Of a DNA stretch of 64,000 nucleotides, positions 46,639 through 60,545 are shown piece by piece (within the stretch, counting starts at the first letter, position 1; every line of letters begins with the position of its first letter). The notes under the pieces are model-generated. The model did not search any database. It was not told the origin of the DNA and worked only from the letters and a program-made list of their open reading frames with translations. A program made the position numbers and the translations under genes. The stretch is from Takakia lepidozioides (taxonomy: Eukaryota > Plantae > Bryophyta): NCBI GenBank assembly GCA_030704615.1, contig CM060734.1, forward strand, positions 43,462,001 through 43,526,000, written 5' to 3'.

Positions 46639-49600
46639 TGAACGGAAGCACGTAGCTTCCGCGTTAGCCCGCACTACAAAGCAACCCCCTCGGTAGCGCA
46701 GTTATAATACGCGCACGCGCCAGGTACGCACTAGCACGTGAACTCCCAAAGAAGGTGCAAGTTTCCTTGCCCCTTGGATGGGAGTCACCCGATTTCGGCA
46801 GTGCGCAAACACACGATTAATCCAATTTACCTCTTCCACTTTTGTAAGCTAGCATGCATTCTACACACTAGCCAACCATACCATGCATCACCATTCCAAA
46901 CAAAATAGGAGGCGCAACATTTGGAAACCATTTCATTTATAACAAAATTTGTACAACACAAGTTTTTGCAATCGGATTCATGAGCTAGCTAAGCCGGGCT
47001 AAGCATGCATTTCCTCCCCCTCGATCCAAGGTTGATGTCCCCATCAACGCTTCTTCCGCTTTTGAGGTCGCCCTTCGAAAGCTGCAACCGCCTCAGATGC
47101 GTTCCCCATTTCTGAGGCACACACCCAATTGCCTCTACATGATGATAGCCCTTCCATTTCACGAGATACTTCGTTTCTCGATTCTTGAACCTCCTCGACT
47201 TAAGCACTGCCTCCACCTTGTACTCAGGTTCATTTTCATGATCCAACAACACAGGTGGTGGACGCAACACTTGATGCCGATTCGGACGCACTTCATCTTT
47301 GAAGTAAGGCTTCGAAATGGAGACGTGGAATACCGGATGTACCTTGCTGTTTGCCGGCAGCTCCAATTCATACACATCCTCATTCATAACCTTCCGGATG
47401 CGAAAGGGTCCGGCATACGGAGGTACGAACTTCGGACTCACTTCCGGAGGTAGTCAAAAATTCTTGATGTTCAACCAGACCTCCGTGCCTGCCTCAAACT
47501 TCCGATTTGTCTGCCGTTCATACCGTTTCCTAGCTTTGGCGATGTTGTATTTTGCGAGCTTCAACAAGCGCTCGCGTTCCTCCAACACCGCTGCTGCTGC
47601 CGGTTCCTCAACATCTTGGGCAGCCCAACTTGTCGGCACTAGAGGTGCTTTTCCATAGACCAATACGAAAGGGGAAACACCCGTTGCGGAGTGTTTTGTG
47701 TTATTATAACAGAACTCTGCCGCGTCCAAGTGCTCCACCCAATCTGATTGGTCCGCCGACACGTAATTCCGCAAGATCTGCTTCACCACATAATTCACCC
47801 TTTCCGTTTGGCCGTCCGTCGTAGGTCGGAAGGCGGTGCTCATCTTGAGCCTCGTCCCCATCTTCTTCCAAAGTGCCCTCCAAAATTTACTCGTAAACTT
47901 TGGATCGCGGTCCGAGACAATATCCTTCGGGAGTCCATGATGCTTGAAGACGTGGGCAAAGTAAAGTCGCCCCGTCTCCCGTGCCGTTGCCGTCTCCTTG
48001 GTGGGGATGAAATGGCCCATTTTACTGAACCTATCAACCACCACCATGATTGCATCAAATCTTTTTTACAGCGGCATAGCAGTCATGAAATCCATCGAGA
48101 CACTTTCCCAAGACCCCTCTGGAATCGGCAAGGGTTGTAACAGCCCCGCTTGCTTTTTGTACTCGCTCCGGTTTTGTTGGCATGTGGTGCATGTCTTGAC
48201 ATACTCCTCGGCCTCATCCCTCAATTTGGGCCAGAAATACTCTTTCTTCAAGAGTGCCGCGGTGCGCTTGGCTCCGTCGTGGCCCGCAAGCGGGCCATCA
48301 TGGCATTCTCTCAAGAGACTATCTCTGATCCCTCCCTTCTGTTTTTGCTTATACCGGAGCAGTCCATTTTGCAAGTGGAACTGCGATTCAACCCCCATCC
48401 TCAAGTCCCGCATCACGGACTTCGCCATCTCATCCTTCCGGTAAGCCTTCCAGATCTTCCTTTGGAGCGCCGTCTCGCCCCTGTACACCAACATGAACTG
48501 CTGCTTTCTACTTAAAGCATCGGCCACCACATTGTCTCGTCCCGGTTTGTACTGGATATCCACGTCAAACACCGCCAAAGTATCTTGCCACCTAAGTTGT
48601 TTTGGGGACAACTTAGGCTGCGTGGCAAAATACTTCACCGTGACATTGTCCGTGAATACCTTCACCGGGTTGGAACCAACATAGTGGCGCCAAAGTTCAA
48701 GGCAATGCACCACCGCCTTCATCTCTTTCTCATGTGTCGGCCACCGTCGCTCCACTTCATTCAGTTTCTTACTTTTGTAAGCCACTGGACGTCCATCTTG
48801 CATAAGTACACCCCCAATCGCGAAGTTTGACGCATCTGTATGAATCTCAAACGGGCGGTCGAACTCCGGGATTTTCAAGACTGGAGCTTCCACCATCCGC
48901 TGCTTCAACTTGGCAAAAGCTTGGCCACAAAAGGTGTTCCATACCCATACCTTGGATTTACACAGAAGGTCTGTCAGCGGCCCCGCGATCTTGGCAAAAT
49001 TTCTCACATACTTTCGGTAATAAGAGGCGAGACTTCCTAGGAAGGATCGCACTCCCGGGACCGAAGTCGGAGGTTCCCAATCCAAGATCGCCCTCACCTT
49101 CCTATCATCCATTTTGATCCCATCTTGTGTAATCACATGGCCTAGGAACTCCACTTTTGTGACCCCGAATTCGCACTTTGAAGCTTTGGCATACAGCTTC
49201 CCTTTCCGCAATTTCTGGAACACCCTTTTGAGGTGCTCCAGGTGCTCTTCCTTTGTTTTCGAGTACACCAAGATGTCGTCGATGTACACGATCACAAAGT
49301 CATCCAACCAACTCTTGAAAAAGGCTGTTCATTAGCGTGCTAAAGGTCGCGGGTGCGTTGGTGAAGCCAAAAGGCATCACCAAGAACTCATACAAACCAT
49401 ATCTTGTTCTACACGCGGTTTTCTCCTCATCTCCTTCCGCCACTCGGATTTGATGGTAGCCGGAGCGCAAATCGATCCGGCTGAAATACTTCGCTCCTGC
49501 CAACCGATCGAAGAGGTCGTCAATTCTTGGCAAAGGGTACTGGTTCTTGATAGTCACCTTATTCAGAGCCCTATAGTCGACACACATCCGCAGCGTCCCA

Positions 49601-50400
49601 TCCTTCTTGTTTGCGAATAGCACCGGGGCTCCGTAAGGTGACTTACTCGGCCGGATGTACCCCTTTGACATTCGATCCTTGAGCTGAGTCTTCAGCTCGA
49701 CCAACTATCTGTGGCTCAACCGGTAGGGCGCCTTGGCAGGCGGCTCCGATCCCGGTATCACCTCAATCTTGTGGTCAACTCCCCTTCGCGGTGGCAAGCC
49801 GCTTGGTAAATCCTCCGGCATCACATCCTCGTATTTCTCCAAAATCCCCTTGATCCAATCTGGGCTCGGCTCCCCATCGCCTTCTCCCTTCACTTGTCTT
49901 ACATAAAGCAAAAAATAGGGCTCGTGTGACTCCTCCACAGCCCACTCCCTTGCTGACAGAAGGTTTATTTGCCCTCCCACGGGGTTGGGCGTTTCCGACA
50001 CTCGTAAAACTTCGCCACCATTCCCACATGGTAGCGTGACTACTCTCTTGCGGCCATCTATGACCGCTCCGAATATGCTCAAAAAGGTCATCCCCAAAAT
50101 GAGATCCACTCCATCAATCTCGCAAATAGTGAAGTTCTCACGTCCCTCCCAACTCCCGAGCTGAAGAGGAACATCGAACGCCAACCTCGTCGCCAATTGT
50201 GGTTCTCCTTTAGCAGAACGCACCTCAATAGAGGCCCCCACATCACTTGTCGGGAGTCCCAGTTTCCGTGCCGTTGCCGGTGTCATGAAGGAGTGCGACG
50301 CTCCTGTGTCCACCAACAACGACACGTTAGTTCCGGAGATTATCCCACTCACAAACATTAACTGACTCCCTTTACGCAAGGTGCCAGTTTCCGAGGGATG
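46639..50400 (-). mobile_element. Chromovirus-type Ty3/Gypsy, 5'-truncated (protease, RT, RH, integrase, chromodomain, probable 3' LTR)
   Basis: [43 protein letters not shown], chromodomain YKVEAVL..YLVKWKGY; PPT at ~47010-47022; putative LTR 46639-47009 (no second LTR to confirm). Confidence 0.9.
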
Positions 50401-51502
50401 CTTCCGCTTGAGCGTGAGCGTGAGAGCGTGTGAGCCTAGGCGGGCTCACGCCACGTCATCAGTTATTGCCACGTTGGCTGACGGGTCTGACGCCACGTCA
50501 GCCGACCTCGCCAGCGTGCCCGACGCCACATCACGTCATGCCACGTCATTTTCATAGGCATGGCCCTATAACCGCGGACCGAACAGGATAATGGGGGCCT
50601 ATAGCCGCGGATTGCGCATTTGGTAGATAGGGAACCATGTGTGGGGCGATGAGGCGAGGTGCAGAAGAGAGTTTAGGGTTTGTTGGTGAATGTTGCAGAA
50701 TGATAGTGTTTGTAGAGACTGAATAATGGTTGTGGATGTATTAATGTCCAGGTCATTAGTCTACAATGGTCCTCAGATGATTTAATGCCATACTAATGTG
50801 GTATTTTACGTTGCTGTCATCAGCGTAGAATGGTTGTGGATGAGTTTATGAGGATGAAGCAGAGCCAATGTGGATGGGACACTTCTAATATGGATGAATG
50901 GGGATGAATAGTTGTGGACAAATGTAGATGAAATACTGTGAATGGATGATAGAGTGGATGAATGTCGAGCGAGGATGTCATTCTAACATTTATGAAACCC
51001 AAGCACAACGATTAATGTCGTTTGCACAAACATTAGAAATTGTCCCTAAAATCCGTCGTGAAGCACTTGATAAGATTTAATGAATGTCTGGCATTTGGGG
51101 AAATGTAGACAGATGACAGCAACGTAGAATAAGACAACACAACAGATGTGAGAGGATCTTTCATGCTGCGACTTTGTCCAAGTGCTTACTGCAACATTCT
51201 GGTGTGCAGCACGCTCTTCTTTAGCTGTCATCTTCAGTGTCGAACATTGCGAGCCATTTCAGCACTATACTTCCTGCAACGCACCACCTGACCGCGCTAA
51301 ACATGGTTTGGACTCCAATGCTTATTGCGGCCCCTGCCAATGAGGTAGAAATGTGCACCTGTATGTTACGAGAGTATTGCAACTTTCATGGTTTTTCATC
51401 AGGACCATTATACAACAACATTCAAAATGATTTGGCTCTCGTTTGTGCATGAGGAGGAATTCCGGGTCTTACAACATTGTGTAACAGAAATTGACAAAAC
51501 GT

Positions 51503-51840
51503 CTGCCTTGTCTTCTTGTTTGACCCATAACCAATGTTAGGCATGAGGATCCCGCCTTTGAACTTATGCTGAAATCGAGAGTCCATACACCAGATGTCCA
51601 CTAGGTGCATTGTCTTCTTGTTTGAACCATAATCAATGTTACGCATTAGGATGTTGCCCTTGAACTTGCGTTGAACCCGAGAGTCCACAAATCATCCCCT
51701 AGGTGCCTTCTATTCTTGTTTGACCCATAACCAATGTTAGGCATGAGGAGGCTGCCTTTGAACTTACGTTGGACCCGAGAGTCAATACATACATCATCCC
51801 CTAGGTGCCTTGTCTTCTTGTTTGACCCATAACCAACCAT
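51503..51840. repeat. ~100-bp tandem repeat, about 3.5 copies
   Basis: TCTTGTTTGACCCATAACCAATGTTA (or a near variant) recurs at ~51514, 51616, 51715, 51816. Confidence 0.9.
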
Positions 51841-52388
51841 TTGTTGTACATTACAATCAAAGCCTACAAGCCAGGATATAACTATCCACTGTATGAAGTG
51901 CATAGAAGCCACTGTTGTAAATGCATACACGGCACGAAAATGAGAAACCATCTTTTAACGACATTACAACGAACATGCACAATTTTTATTACAAAGTTAT
52001 GGAGGGACACAAAATGTCTAAAACTGTGAACATCTGGAGACCCCCCAAAATGATGAAATTTGCATTTCAGTCACTAGAACTATCCCCTGAAATTTGTGCA
52101 GTATCATCGACGTAAACCCGAGTTTCGAGGTGCCTGTTGTGCTTTTGAGCACATGGGGGAGATAACATGAAACTCTGTTGACGAGCAATGGCCTCCGCGT
52201 AGTCGGGTAGGATGTATGAACATGGAGGGCTGCACCAGAAGTCACTGTGAATAAAAGAGACGTCGACCAAAGGAATAGCTTCCAATATCCTGCCACCAAA
52301 AGAACCACAATTGCATTAGCCACCATTAATAGGAAAGGGGGGGCCATTTTTGCGGGAGAAATCGGATGCTTACAGAAAAACAACTTAC

Positions 52389-55300
52389 TCACATGCGAAA
52401 TCGTCGTCCAAGACTTTGTCGTCCCCTTTGTTGATTTCCACATGCACTATACCCTGCTGTTGTTGGGCGGCAGGTGCCGGCGCTGGGCACTTCCAAGTTA
52501 TGGAGGAGGTCATTGAAAATGTCCGCATCCTCTTCCATACCAAACAAATGTCTGTCCGCTGCCTTGCAAGCATGGTACGAAGCTCCTGCAAGATAGAGTT
52601 CTCTCAAGACACATATAAACAAATTTTGCACCAAGAAGAAAACACCGCAGCAGGTTGGGGGTGAAACCTGTGCCAAGAGTGAGGTCCACAATACGCGCCC
52701 CCGGATGGGAACAAGTCTCCACAATTGTTTGAATAAATGTTGGGCTCTTCTCCTTGGCCCCTCTCCATGGTGTGGAGTTGGACTTTCGCAAGCACACATT
52801 GGAATCCACGTAATTGTAGTGCATGTCATCCACCACTAGATCGAACTTATCGTTGATGAAAGAAACTCCCCCATGAAGCCTGAACTCCTTCACTGTTGTG
52901 GAAGTTGAAGCAGGGTGCACTCTGACGAGGCAGACGGCCTCAAAAAGGCGGGTCTACACACAAGACAACATGAAGCACCAAAAAAATTCATCTGGAAAAA
53001 ACAGTGCTTGAAACCTCTGAATATGAGTGCGTTGACGCACTCATTTCTGCAGGGGTGAAATGGAACTTAAAATGAAGCATGCAAGAGAAAGTCGATTACC
53101 ATTTGTCCGGGACAGTCGCCCTTTGTCAAGTACAGGCTGTTCACACCATTCCACGTTTTGATGATTTTCATCCCCGAGGTCTTGAGGTAGCTTGCAAGCT
53201 CCCGTCGACATTTCGAATTGACCGACTGGATCATTACAAGAACCCCTGCATCCAATAAAAAAAAATTGCAAAATGAAAAGACCCACCGCCAATACCTCTC
53301 ATCAAATGCATTCCATGTTGGGCAAGTGCCTGTGGGTAGGATGTCCGGTACTGGCAGCCCATCCGGAATGTCCACAATCACCATGTCGGCACAACATGGT
53401 TTCAAAGAACTATTGACCCAACACTGCCCTTTCGAAACCTGAAAACAGACAGACGGAAAAAATTAAATAACTATCCAAAAGGGAAAACAGTAAAGGAGAC
53501 AAACAGTGGGAATTGGCTTACCGAGTCAAGGAATGCACACAGCTTGCCCCAAGTTTGAGAGGGTTCTCCAGTGTAACCAGATTTTCTGCTTTCCATCATG
53601 GCAAGGAATGAATCATTAACAATCTCGCACTTACATTCTCGCTGGATTCTGGATGGGTGCTCCATTGCGTCATATGGCTCACTCCTCCCCTTACGTTTTC
53701 GTTCCTTGTTTGCAATTGGGGTCTGCGCTACCTCACCTCCCGCAGTCTCCCCTTGGGTGGCCTTCTCCTTCCCTTTGTCCTTTGTACCCTTTCCCTTTCC
53801 CTTCCCTCTTGCAGGAGTTTTGTTGGCTGCGGGTTCCTTCTCAGCGAGGTTTCGCAGATTCCTCTCATGCAATTCCTTGTCAGTAAGAGGGGCCAAAGAC
53901 TCCGCATTGTCGTTCTGGTTCCGTGTCTGCAACTCATACCAGGGGCAATCTGATTTCGGAATGTTGAGATACCAGCAACAGTCTTTCAGGTGATATCTCC
54001 CGTAGTCTCTAAGGATGGCTGCCGTGTACATGGTCTGACTGTTAGGGGGTCAGACCACAAGTCGATGAAGGCAGGGTACTTACTGAGGTTTTTTTCCCGG
54101 AATGAGCACGTTCTTGATATACCTACAAAACAAAAGAGGTGCACTTTTAGACATTGAAGGCAAAAAAACATATACTGCGGCCCTCCCAAAATGCGTGCGT
54201 CGACGCACACAGTTTGGGGTGCACAAATTCTTGAGCATGAGGCAACCAAAATACACTCACAAGTACCATATGCAAGAACAGGAGAAAACAAAGGGTTCCA
54301 TATGCAGAAGGTTATCCCCTTTTCGGCAGACAGATATTCCATTCAAAACTGCCAACAAAACATTGAAATCCATGATGGAGGAGAGAGCACATCTGAGTTT
54401 GTGGCCATCTAAAATTGCGTGCGTTGGCGCACGCAATTTTTCATGGCCACAAATTGCCTGTCTACTGATTGCCAAAGAATGTTTTCAAACATAAGACAAA
54501 ATTAACGAACCTGTATAGGACCCTCTTCATGGCTCCCTCCGCCCCGTACTGCTGGTCAAAATCATTTGTTCGGGAGATTCCTCCATCTCGGGAAAACTCT
54601 CTGAAGAAGCAGTTGCTCCAAGTTGTGGCCTTCCACTGCCTCAAGTAATCCTCCAGAGTGTCCTCGGGCACGGTCATGGTAATTTTGTAGTCATAAAGCT
54701 ATTTCTTCAACACCTTGTTTGCACAAGCTTCAATCTGCAGGTATACATATGCATGGGTTAGAGTCCATTCATGGGAAGATATTCTCAAAAATTTCAAGCA
54801 CAGAAAGTCCTGAAAAGTACCTTGCTCCAGTAGGTGGCTTTGTGCAACCATATATCAAGAACTTGGTCGCTGAAGGGTTTGATGTGCCCGGTGTTCTCAT
54901 CTCTTTCACCCCTAGGGAAGCAGTATGTATCCTTGACAGTTGGGTCGGAATTCCAAATCTCCAACCATTTCACTCTCTGGTCAGCTTCCACAGCTGCAGT
55001 TGACAACCGGTGAAGCTTTTCCTGTGTCGTCTCCGGTTTGGTGTTATTGTTCCAGTGGATCCTCACCCGGTTAAGAAACTCAGGACCAAAATCAGGGTCA
55101 GCTATTCTCAGCTGTTTCACGAAAGCGCTCATAAGCTTCTTCCGTATCTCATTCATCGTAAACTTCATGGCTTCCGCCACTCCCTTGGACGTCCTCAGAC
55201 CCTCCGAGGTTTTCAAATAGTACTCCGCTTTTCCTCTCTCTCCAGCTTCAGCTATTTCTTGCTGCAAAACGTAATCCGAAATGAGATCACTTGTTACTGA

Positions 55301-57451
55301 CAATATCCCAACAGACAATGGAAGGCCAGAGTGATGGAATGCTTACAGTGTACATGTACTCCATGAATGCTTCCCTCGTCAGCTTGTACCAGGTATCTGA
55401 CGTATTCAATGTCAAACATTTCTTGAATGACTCCGCACGCAGGATGCTCTTGAATGAATTGAGGGGCATCTGGCCGATATTCTGGATCATGAATAGTGTG
55501 TGAAGAAGGTTCGTTGTCACATGGGCAGTTTCAGTTCCCCTATCACATACAGTGGTGTGTCGTCAGTGAGTGCTAAAAGCAAACAGACAGTGAAGGAAAA
55601 AATGCGGACAATAACAGGTGAAGAAGACACTTACTTGTTAACGTCATGCATTGCCGTCAACAGTGATGTTCTTGCCTGCCATCGCAAATTACTCTGGAAG
55701 ATGCACCAGTGTTACTGGCGGTTTCAAACACATTTTTGTGATGTTTCCCTTGGGATCCAGCACCCTTCCCAAAAGGCTGATGGCATGGGAGGCATCTGTT
55801 GGTCTGTCGGAGCTCTCAGAGATTCCTCGGGCTCCAACTACTCAGATTCCTCCCGTTCTTGAGTGGCCTCATTTTCAAAAGCATGCATCGCTTCCTCAAA
55901 TGGCCGCTTCGGTGACACGTCATCGATCATGTTCCTCCAGGCAAGCAATCGGTGGTTGCCATCCCACACATGAAACATCTTGCCAGAGAAAGGCTAGGTG
56001 ACGAGCCTCTTGCAAATGATAGAGTCGAACTCATCGTTTATCTGTCGCTAGATAGGATCCCAGCCTCCAACGATGGACTCGTCCACCAACACCTCTCTGC
56101 CAGAGGAGTCTGCCAAGGACACGTAAAAAACAGATTGACCCTCTATGTATCCATGGCAAAAATCCTGTTCCAACTTTTGAATGTCGTTCGTCAGAGCTGG
56201 TCGAACGAAGGGCATGGAGATCAAACGGCATAGGGGTATCATTATTTTTCCCCAGGGACGCCCATGGCCTTGATGACTACTTTGGAGAAGGAAAGCAGAT
56301 CTTTTCGCTTTGTCTTCGTATGGCCTGCCATCGTCCTCCTCCGCAATAACCGCCAATTCCTGCTCAATGACTTCGTCCTCTACCTGAGCAGCACCTTTCT
56401 TTTTCTTCGTCTGCACTCAAAACGAAAGGTTACGAATGTAAAAGACTTGCGAGAAATTGCGTGCTTCAACGCACGCAATTTTCCACCCTCTGAAAGGTAC
56501 TCATTTCTTTTCCTACTTCATACCCAAAGTCAATCTACTCTCTTCCATAAAAGTATGCAGCAGACATTTAATCTAATCTCCCTGAATAGGCAGAAATGTG
56601 AGTGTGAGAGAACCTCCAGAAATTGCGTGCGTTGACGCACGCAATTTCTGGGGGTTCTCTCACACTGACTTTTCTGCCTATTCAGGGATTCTGTCTCTGT
56701 TAACACAGCACAGCTGAGAGAAGGCCATACAGAGAACCTCCAGAAAAATGAGTGCGTCAACGCACGCAGTTTCTGGCGGTTCTCTCGCACTCACTTTTTT
56801 GCCTATTCAGGGTTTTTCTGTCTTTGTTAACTTAGCACAGCTGAGAGAAGGTCATAGAGAGAACATTCAGAAATTGCGTGCGTTGACGCACTTATTTTCT
56901 TGAGTTTCTCTGTATGGCCTTCTCTCAGTTGTCGAACTCTAATCTCAGCTGTCCCTCTTCCTATGCAGTACATGGAAAGTGAGAAATGGGTCATACCCGG
57001 GTTTGGTTGTTATGCATTGCCTGCATCCCTGTGGTCTTACTCTGAACAATCAAGCAAAAAAAAACAGAATAGAGGGCAAGAAAATTGCGTGCGCCAACGC
57101 ACGCAATTTTCATGCCCTGGAAACTTGACAGAAGATGGCAAGTAAGAGAATCACCTGAGGTCCTTTTGCCGAAGAACTCCCAGATGCCTTTGATGTGGCA
57201 ACAACGGCAGCCTTCTTAACCTTTGGCGTCGCCTCCTCCTCCACGACATTCTTACCCTTCGGCGTGGATTCCTTCGCAAGAGCGTCTGCCTCGTCTGTGT
57301 CCATAGCGTCTGTGTCGTTCTCTGACGCAGTCTCGTCCCCAACTTCATCACGAGCTGGCGGCTGGTCCTCCACCGCCATGTGTTTGGTTTCCAGGGTTGC
57401 GCTCTCCTCTGCGATCTCCTTCAGTGTCATGTTGAGCTTTCGGCCTTTCAT
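52389..57451 (-). CDS. Second multi-exon ParB-like plus amino-methyltransferase-like gene (diverged homologue, partly decayed)
   Basis: MKGRK start; IPLCRLISMPFVR; MFHVWDGNHR (DGNHR 55949-55963); IADPDFG..EKLHRLSTA; DMVIVDIPDG; KSPTFIQTIVETCSHPGARIVDLTLGTG; RHLFGMEED. Collinear with 36239-41359. Confidence 0.72.
56453..57110. repeat. Intronic cluster of the 30-bp palindrome GAAATTGCGTGCGT-NN-ACGCACGCAATTTC
   Basis: Copies centred at ~56467, 56633, 56758, 56884, 57095; more at ~53033, 54201, 54425. 56580-56690 forms a ~110-bp hairpin. Confidence 0.93.
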
Positions 57452-58129
57452 TCTCTCTCTTGCCTTCTTCCTCTCTCACGCTGAAGTAAAAAAGAATGAC
57501 TGCCTTCTACGCCTTCCACTCTGTCGCGCGAAACTCTGTCTCCTGCTACTCTCCAGCTTGAAAAACTACAATCTACTGGAATGAGAGACGTCGTGTGATG
57601 AGTAGCAGCGGGGCATCGCTCTCGGCGGTTATGCATGTATTCACTGCATACCACATCCGCAATGGGATGATCAGTGGCTGCTGGGGATTGTGTTGTGTTG
57701 TTATTCGGAGACGGTAGAAATAATATTGCACATGTATGAACCACAAGCCGCAGCCCCCAAGTCACTGCATCCACTACGAGTGCCTGGTTCCCAACCCACA
57801 GTCGATGTATATCACTAGTGAAGTAGTGCATTTCAAACCTCCAGTTGCATCTATCACTTCAACACTGTAATTGTTGACTCTACTTGCAAGTTGTAAAGGC
57901 AACCAGCAGACAACTTATTGCGCCGTGCAATGTGGTCTCAGGCCTACATGTGGCCACATCCACGATAGAGAATACATGGCGTTTCGCAGCATAGCCACGC
58001 GGCTGTATTTCCAGCGACGTCGCCGTGGGGAAGTCGCACCCCCCGGGTCAAAAGTCCACTTGCACAAGTCCAAGATTCAGTCAACGCCGCGCACGGCGCT
58101 GCCACGTGGCCCCCCTACAAAAATTGAGC

Positions 58130-58303
58130 AGCAGTCGGCGGAACGACTGACCGAAACCACTCCGACCACGTCAAGACTGAAACAACTGGGCTATCCAAAG
58201 AGACTAGTCTGTTGGCTCTCCAAGTTGCCCAATCATTTTTAGTCTGCAACGACTCACTTTGCAGTCATTTCGCCAGTCGTTAAATCAACGATTCATTATA
58301 GTG
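58130..58303 (-). mobile_element. Possible CACTA-type transposon terminus
   Basis: Reverse complement from 58303 reads CACTATAATGAATCG, followed by CGACT/AGTCG subterminal motifs. Partner end not found. Confidence 0.4.
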
Positions 58304-58603
58304 ATGTAGCACCATGAGGGCTCATGAACACCTATATGCGCAGTACCATGAGGGCTCTTGAAGACTCATGTTGCCGCCTCAAGAGACCTGTGATAGCTCA
58401 TGGCAGCAGAGCCATGAAGTCCCATGACTGCGCAAAATTAAGGGTACCCCATAGAACCCCTATTTTGTCCAAGTCCCAGGTAGCCTTGTAACAGACACAT
58501 GATAAAATAAGGATCGCCCGCTCTAATACCAAAATGGTGACCTAGAAAACTTACACCTATATTATCCTTAACTTATCAGAGTGGCATTCGTCACTCCACA
58601 TCT

Positions 58604-59150
58604 GTGTTGAAGCGGAAGAGGAAAACACAAATGCGGGTATGGCTTGTCAGTCACAACTTGTTTATCCGTGGGGTGATTGCATACGGCGGGACGTTGAAAG
58701 ACGTATTGAAGGCGGCTAATGCCACTTCCACTAAGGCAAAGTTTAAGGTGAAGCCTAAGGAACCCGGCACCTTCGAGGGCGTCCAAAATCGGAAGGCACT
58801 CAACACCTGGCTCTTAGAGCTAGAGCAGTACTTTCGGGCGGCCAAGTTGAGTGACGAGGATCAGGTGGAAGTGGCTCCCACCTATTTGAGGGGCTATGCT
58901 CAACAATGGTGGCAGAAACGCCTTCACGACCGAGAACCCGGAAACCTTGAACTGGAGTGGGTTCAAGGAACTAATGAAGAGATAGTTTGTGCCCCTCAAC
59001 GTGTCCTGGCTCGCCCGGGACAAGATGAGGAATCTGAAGCAAACAGATAACATTCGGGGATATGTTCAGGCTTTCAATGTGCTGTTGCTCGAAGTCGCGG
59101 ACATGGCCGAACCAGAAATGGTCTTGAACTTTGTGGCGGCACTAGAAGCA
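58604..59150 (+). pseudogene. Ty3/Gypsy gag fragment
   Basis: KPKEPGTFEG..WLLELEQYF..YLRGYAQQWW, then a frameshift to ARDKMRNLKQTDNIRGYVQAF. Confidence 0.85.
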
Positions 59151-59950
59151 TTCGTGTCTTTTCCGAATCGACTGCATGTCCAAAACCACTGAGGGAACAA
59201 CTTTGAGATGTTTGTTACTACTGCACAGTCATAACGGATAAATTCACATTTCTAATGGCGGATAGAAGTTGCATCAATGACTCTGCAGTCGGTACAATAT
59301 TCGCGGCGATTTAATTCAATTACGTAAATTGTTTTTTTTTTAAAACAACAATTACAAGTGGTTTTAAGCACTAGAGAACGACTCTTAACAACTAGGCATT
59401 CATTGCACACCCTATTCAAAAATGGAATTTTTATAATGCTCCACATGGATCATGACGTGGAATATTTTAATGTATTTTAGGGCTTGTGTGGCTCATAGAG
59501 ATTGTTCTAATCGTCGGATGTAAAATGATCTAAGGGTGGAAGAGTAACTTTTTGTCCTTTGCCTGAATTTGTCTAAGTGTTGGGAGAGGGATGGAGGCTT
59601 GAGAGAGAGACGAACAAGTGATGCGAGAAGGACGAGACCAAATCGAGGCCCATGTCCTGTTGTTGCAAGCGTTTATGGCGTCAAGGGCGCATTATGTGCA
59701 AATGTGGGCTCTTGGCTCCCCTTTGTACCATGATTTGGTATTCTTCCTGATGATCACAAGGTTCTTGGGGGATCAGCTTGGTCTTAGCAACCCATATTTT
59801 AATCTCTGCCCGCTCAGCTGCACCGTGGTGGTTCTTACGAACCAATCCCACATTACCTAACTAGAGATACAAGCAGCACGCACAAGAGGTCTTCTTGGGT
59901 TCATGGTCAGTCTAATCTGCAATGGGTCATGACACAAGGTAGAGGACAAT

Positions 59951-60545
59951 GTGGTGAGGGCACCTTCTTCTTCGAGCTATTTCAGCCTGTTTTTGCCGAG
60001 ATGTAGTGTCGTGGAGTGCGATGCTTGCAGGGTATACACAGCAGGACGTGGGATGGAGGCTTTGGAGACCTATGAAGTTGCGAAGGGAGAGTTTGATAAC
60101 ATGGCTGAACAAGATGTTGTCTCAAGGAACACGCTGAATCTCGCAAGATATGGCCAGCATGTGTGCGGGATGAGGGCATTGGAGACATATGAGCAAATGT
60201 TGAGAAGAGGTGCAGCCTGACCGGGTCACGTTCATTTGTGTTTGCAATGCATGTGCAAACCTGGCAGCCCTTGAGACTTGGTAAAGGGCAAAGAGGTCCA
60301 TCGTGACATTGTCAAAGCTGGAACTGTACCAGATGTAACAATACCTCGTCGACATGTATGCCAAACGTGGGAGCATTCCCTTGTGGACAAGGAGTGTTTA
60401 ACAATATGGCTGAGCGAAATGTGGTGTGGTGGAACGTGATGATCGCAGGACATGCACAACATGGGCGGGGATTGCGGGTTTTGGAGACCTATGAGCAAAT
60501 GATGTGGGTCTAGGGGGTGAAGCCCAAGCACATTACGTTTGTTTT
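59951..60545 (+). pseudogene. PLS-class pentatricopeptide repeat (PPR) gene remnant
   Basis: MAEQDVVS, ALETYEQM, PDRVTF, GKEVH.DIVKAG, LVDMYAK, NVVWWNVMIAG motifs across shifted frames; cut at ~60545. Confidence 0.85.

Noticed and set aside
50400-59150. Inversion linking the plus-strand gag (58604) to the minus-strand chromovirus pol
   Set aside because: No copy of the putative 46639-47009 LTR lies upstream of the gag, so there is no support for a single element.
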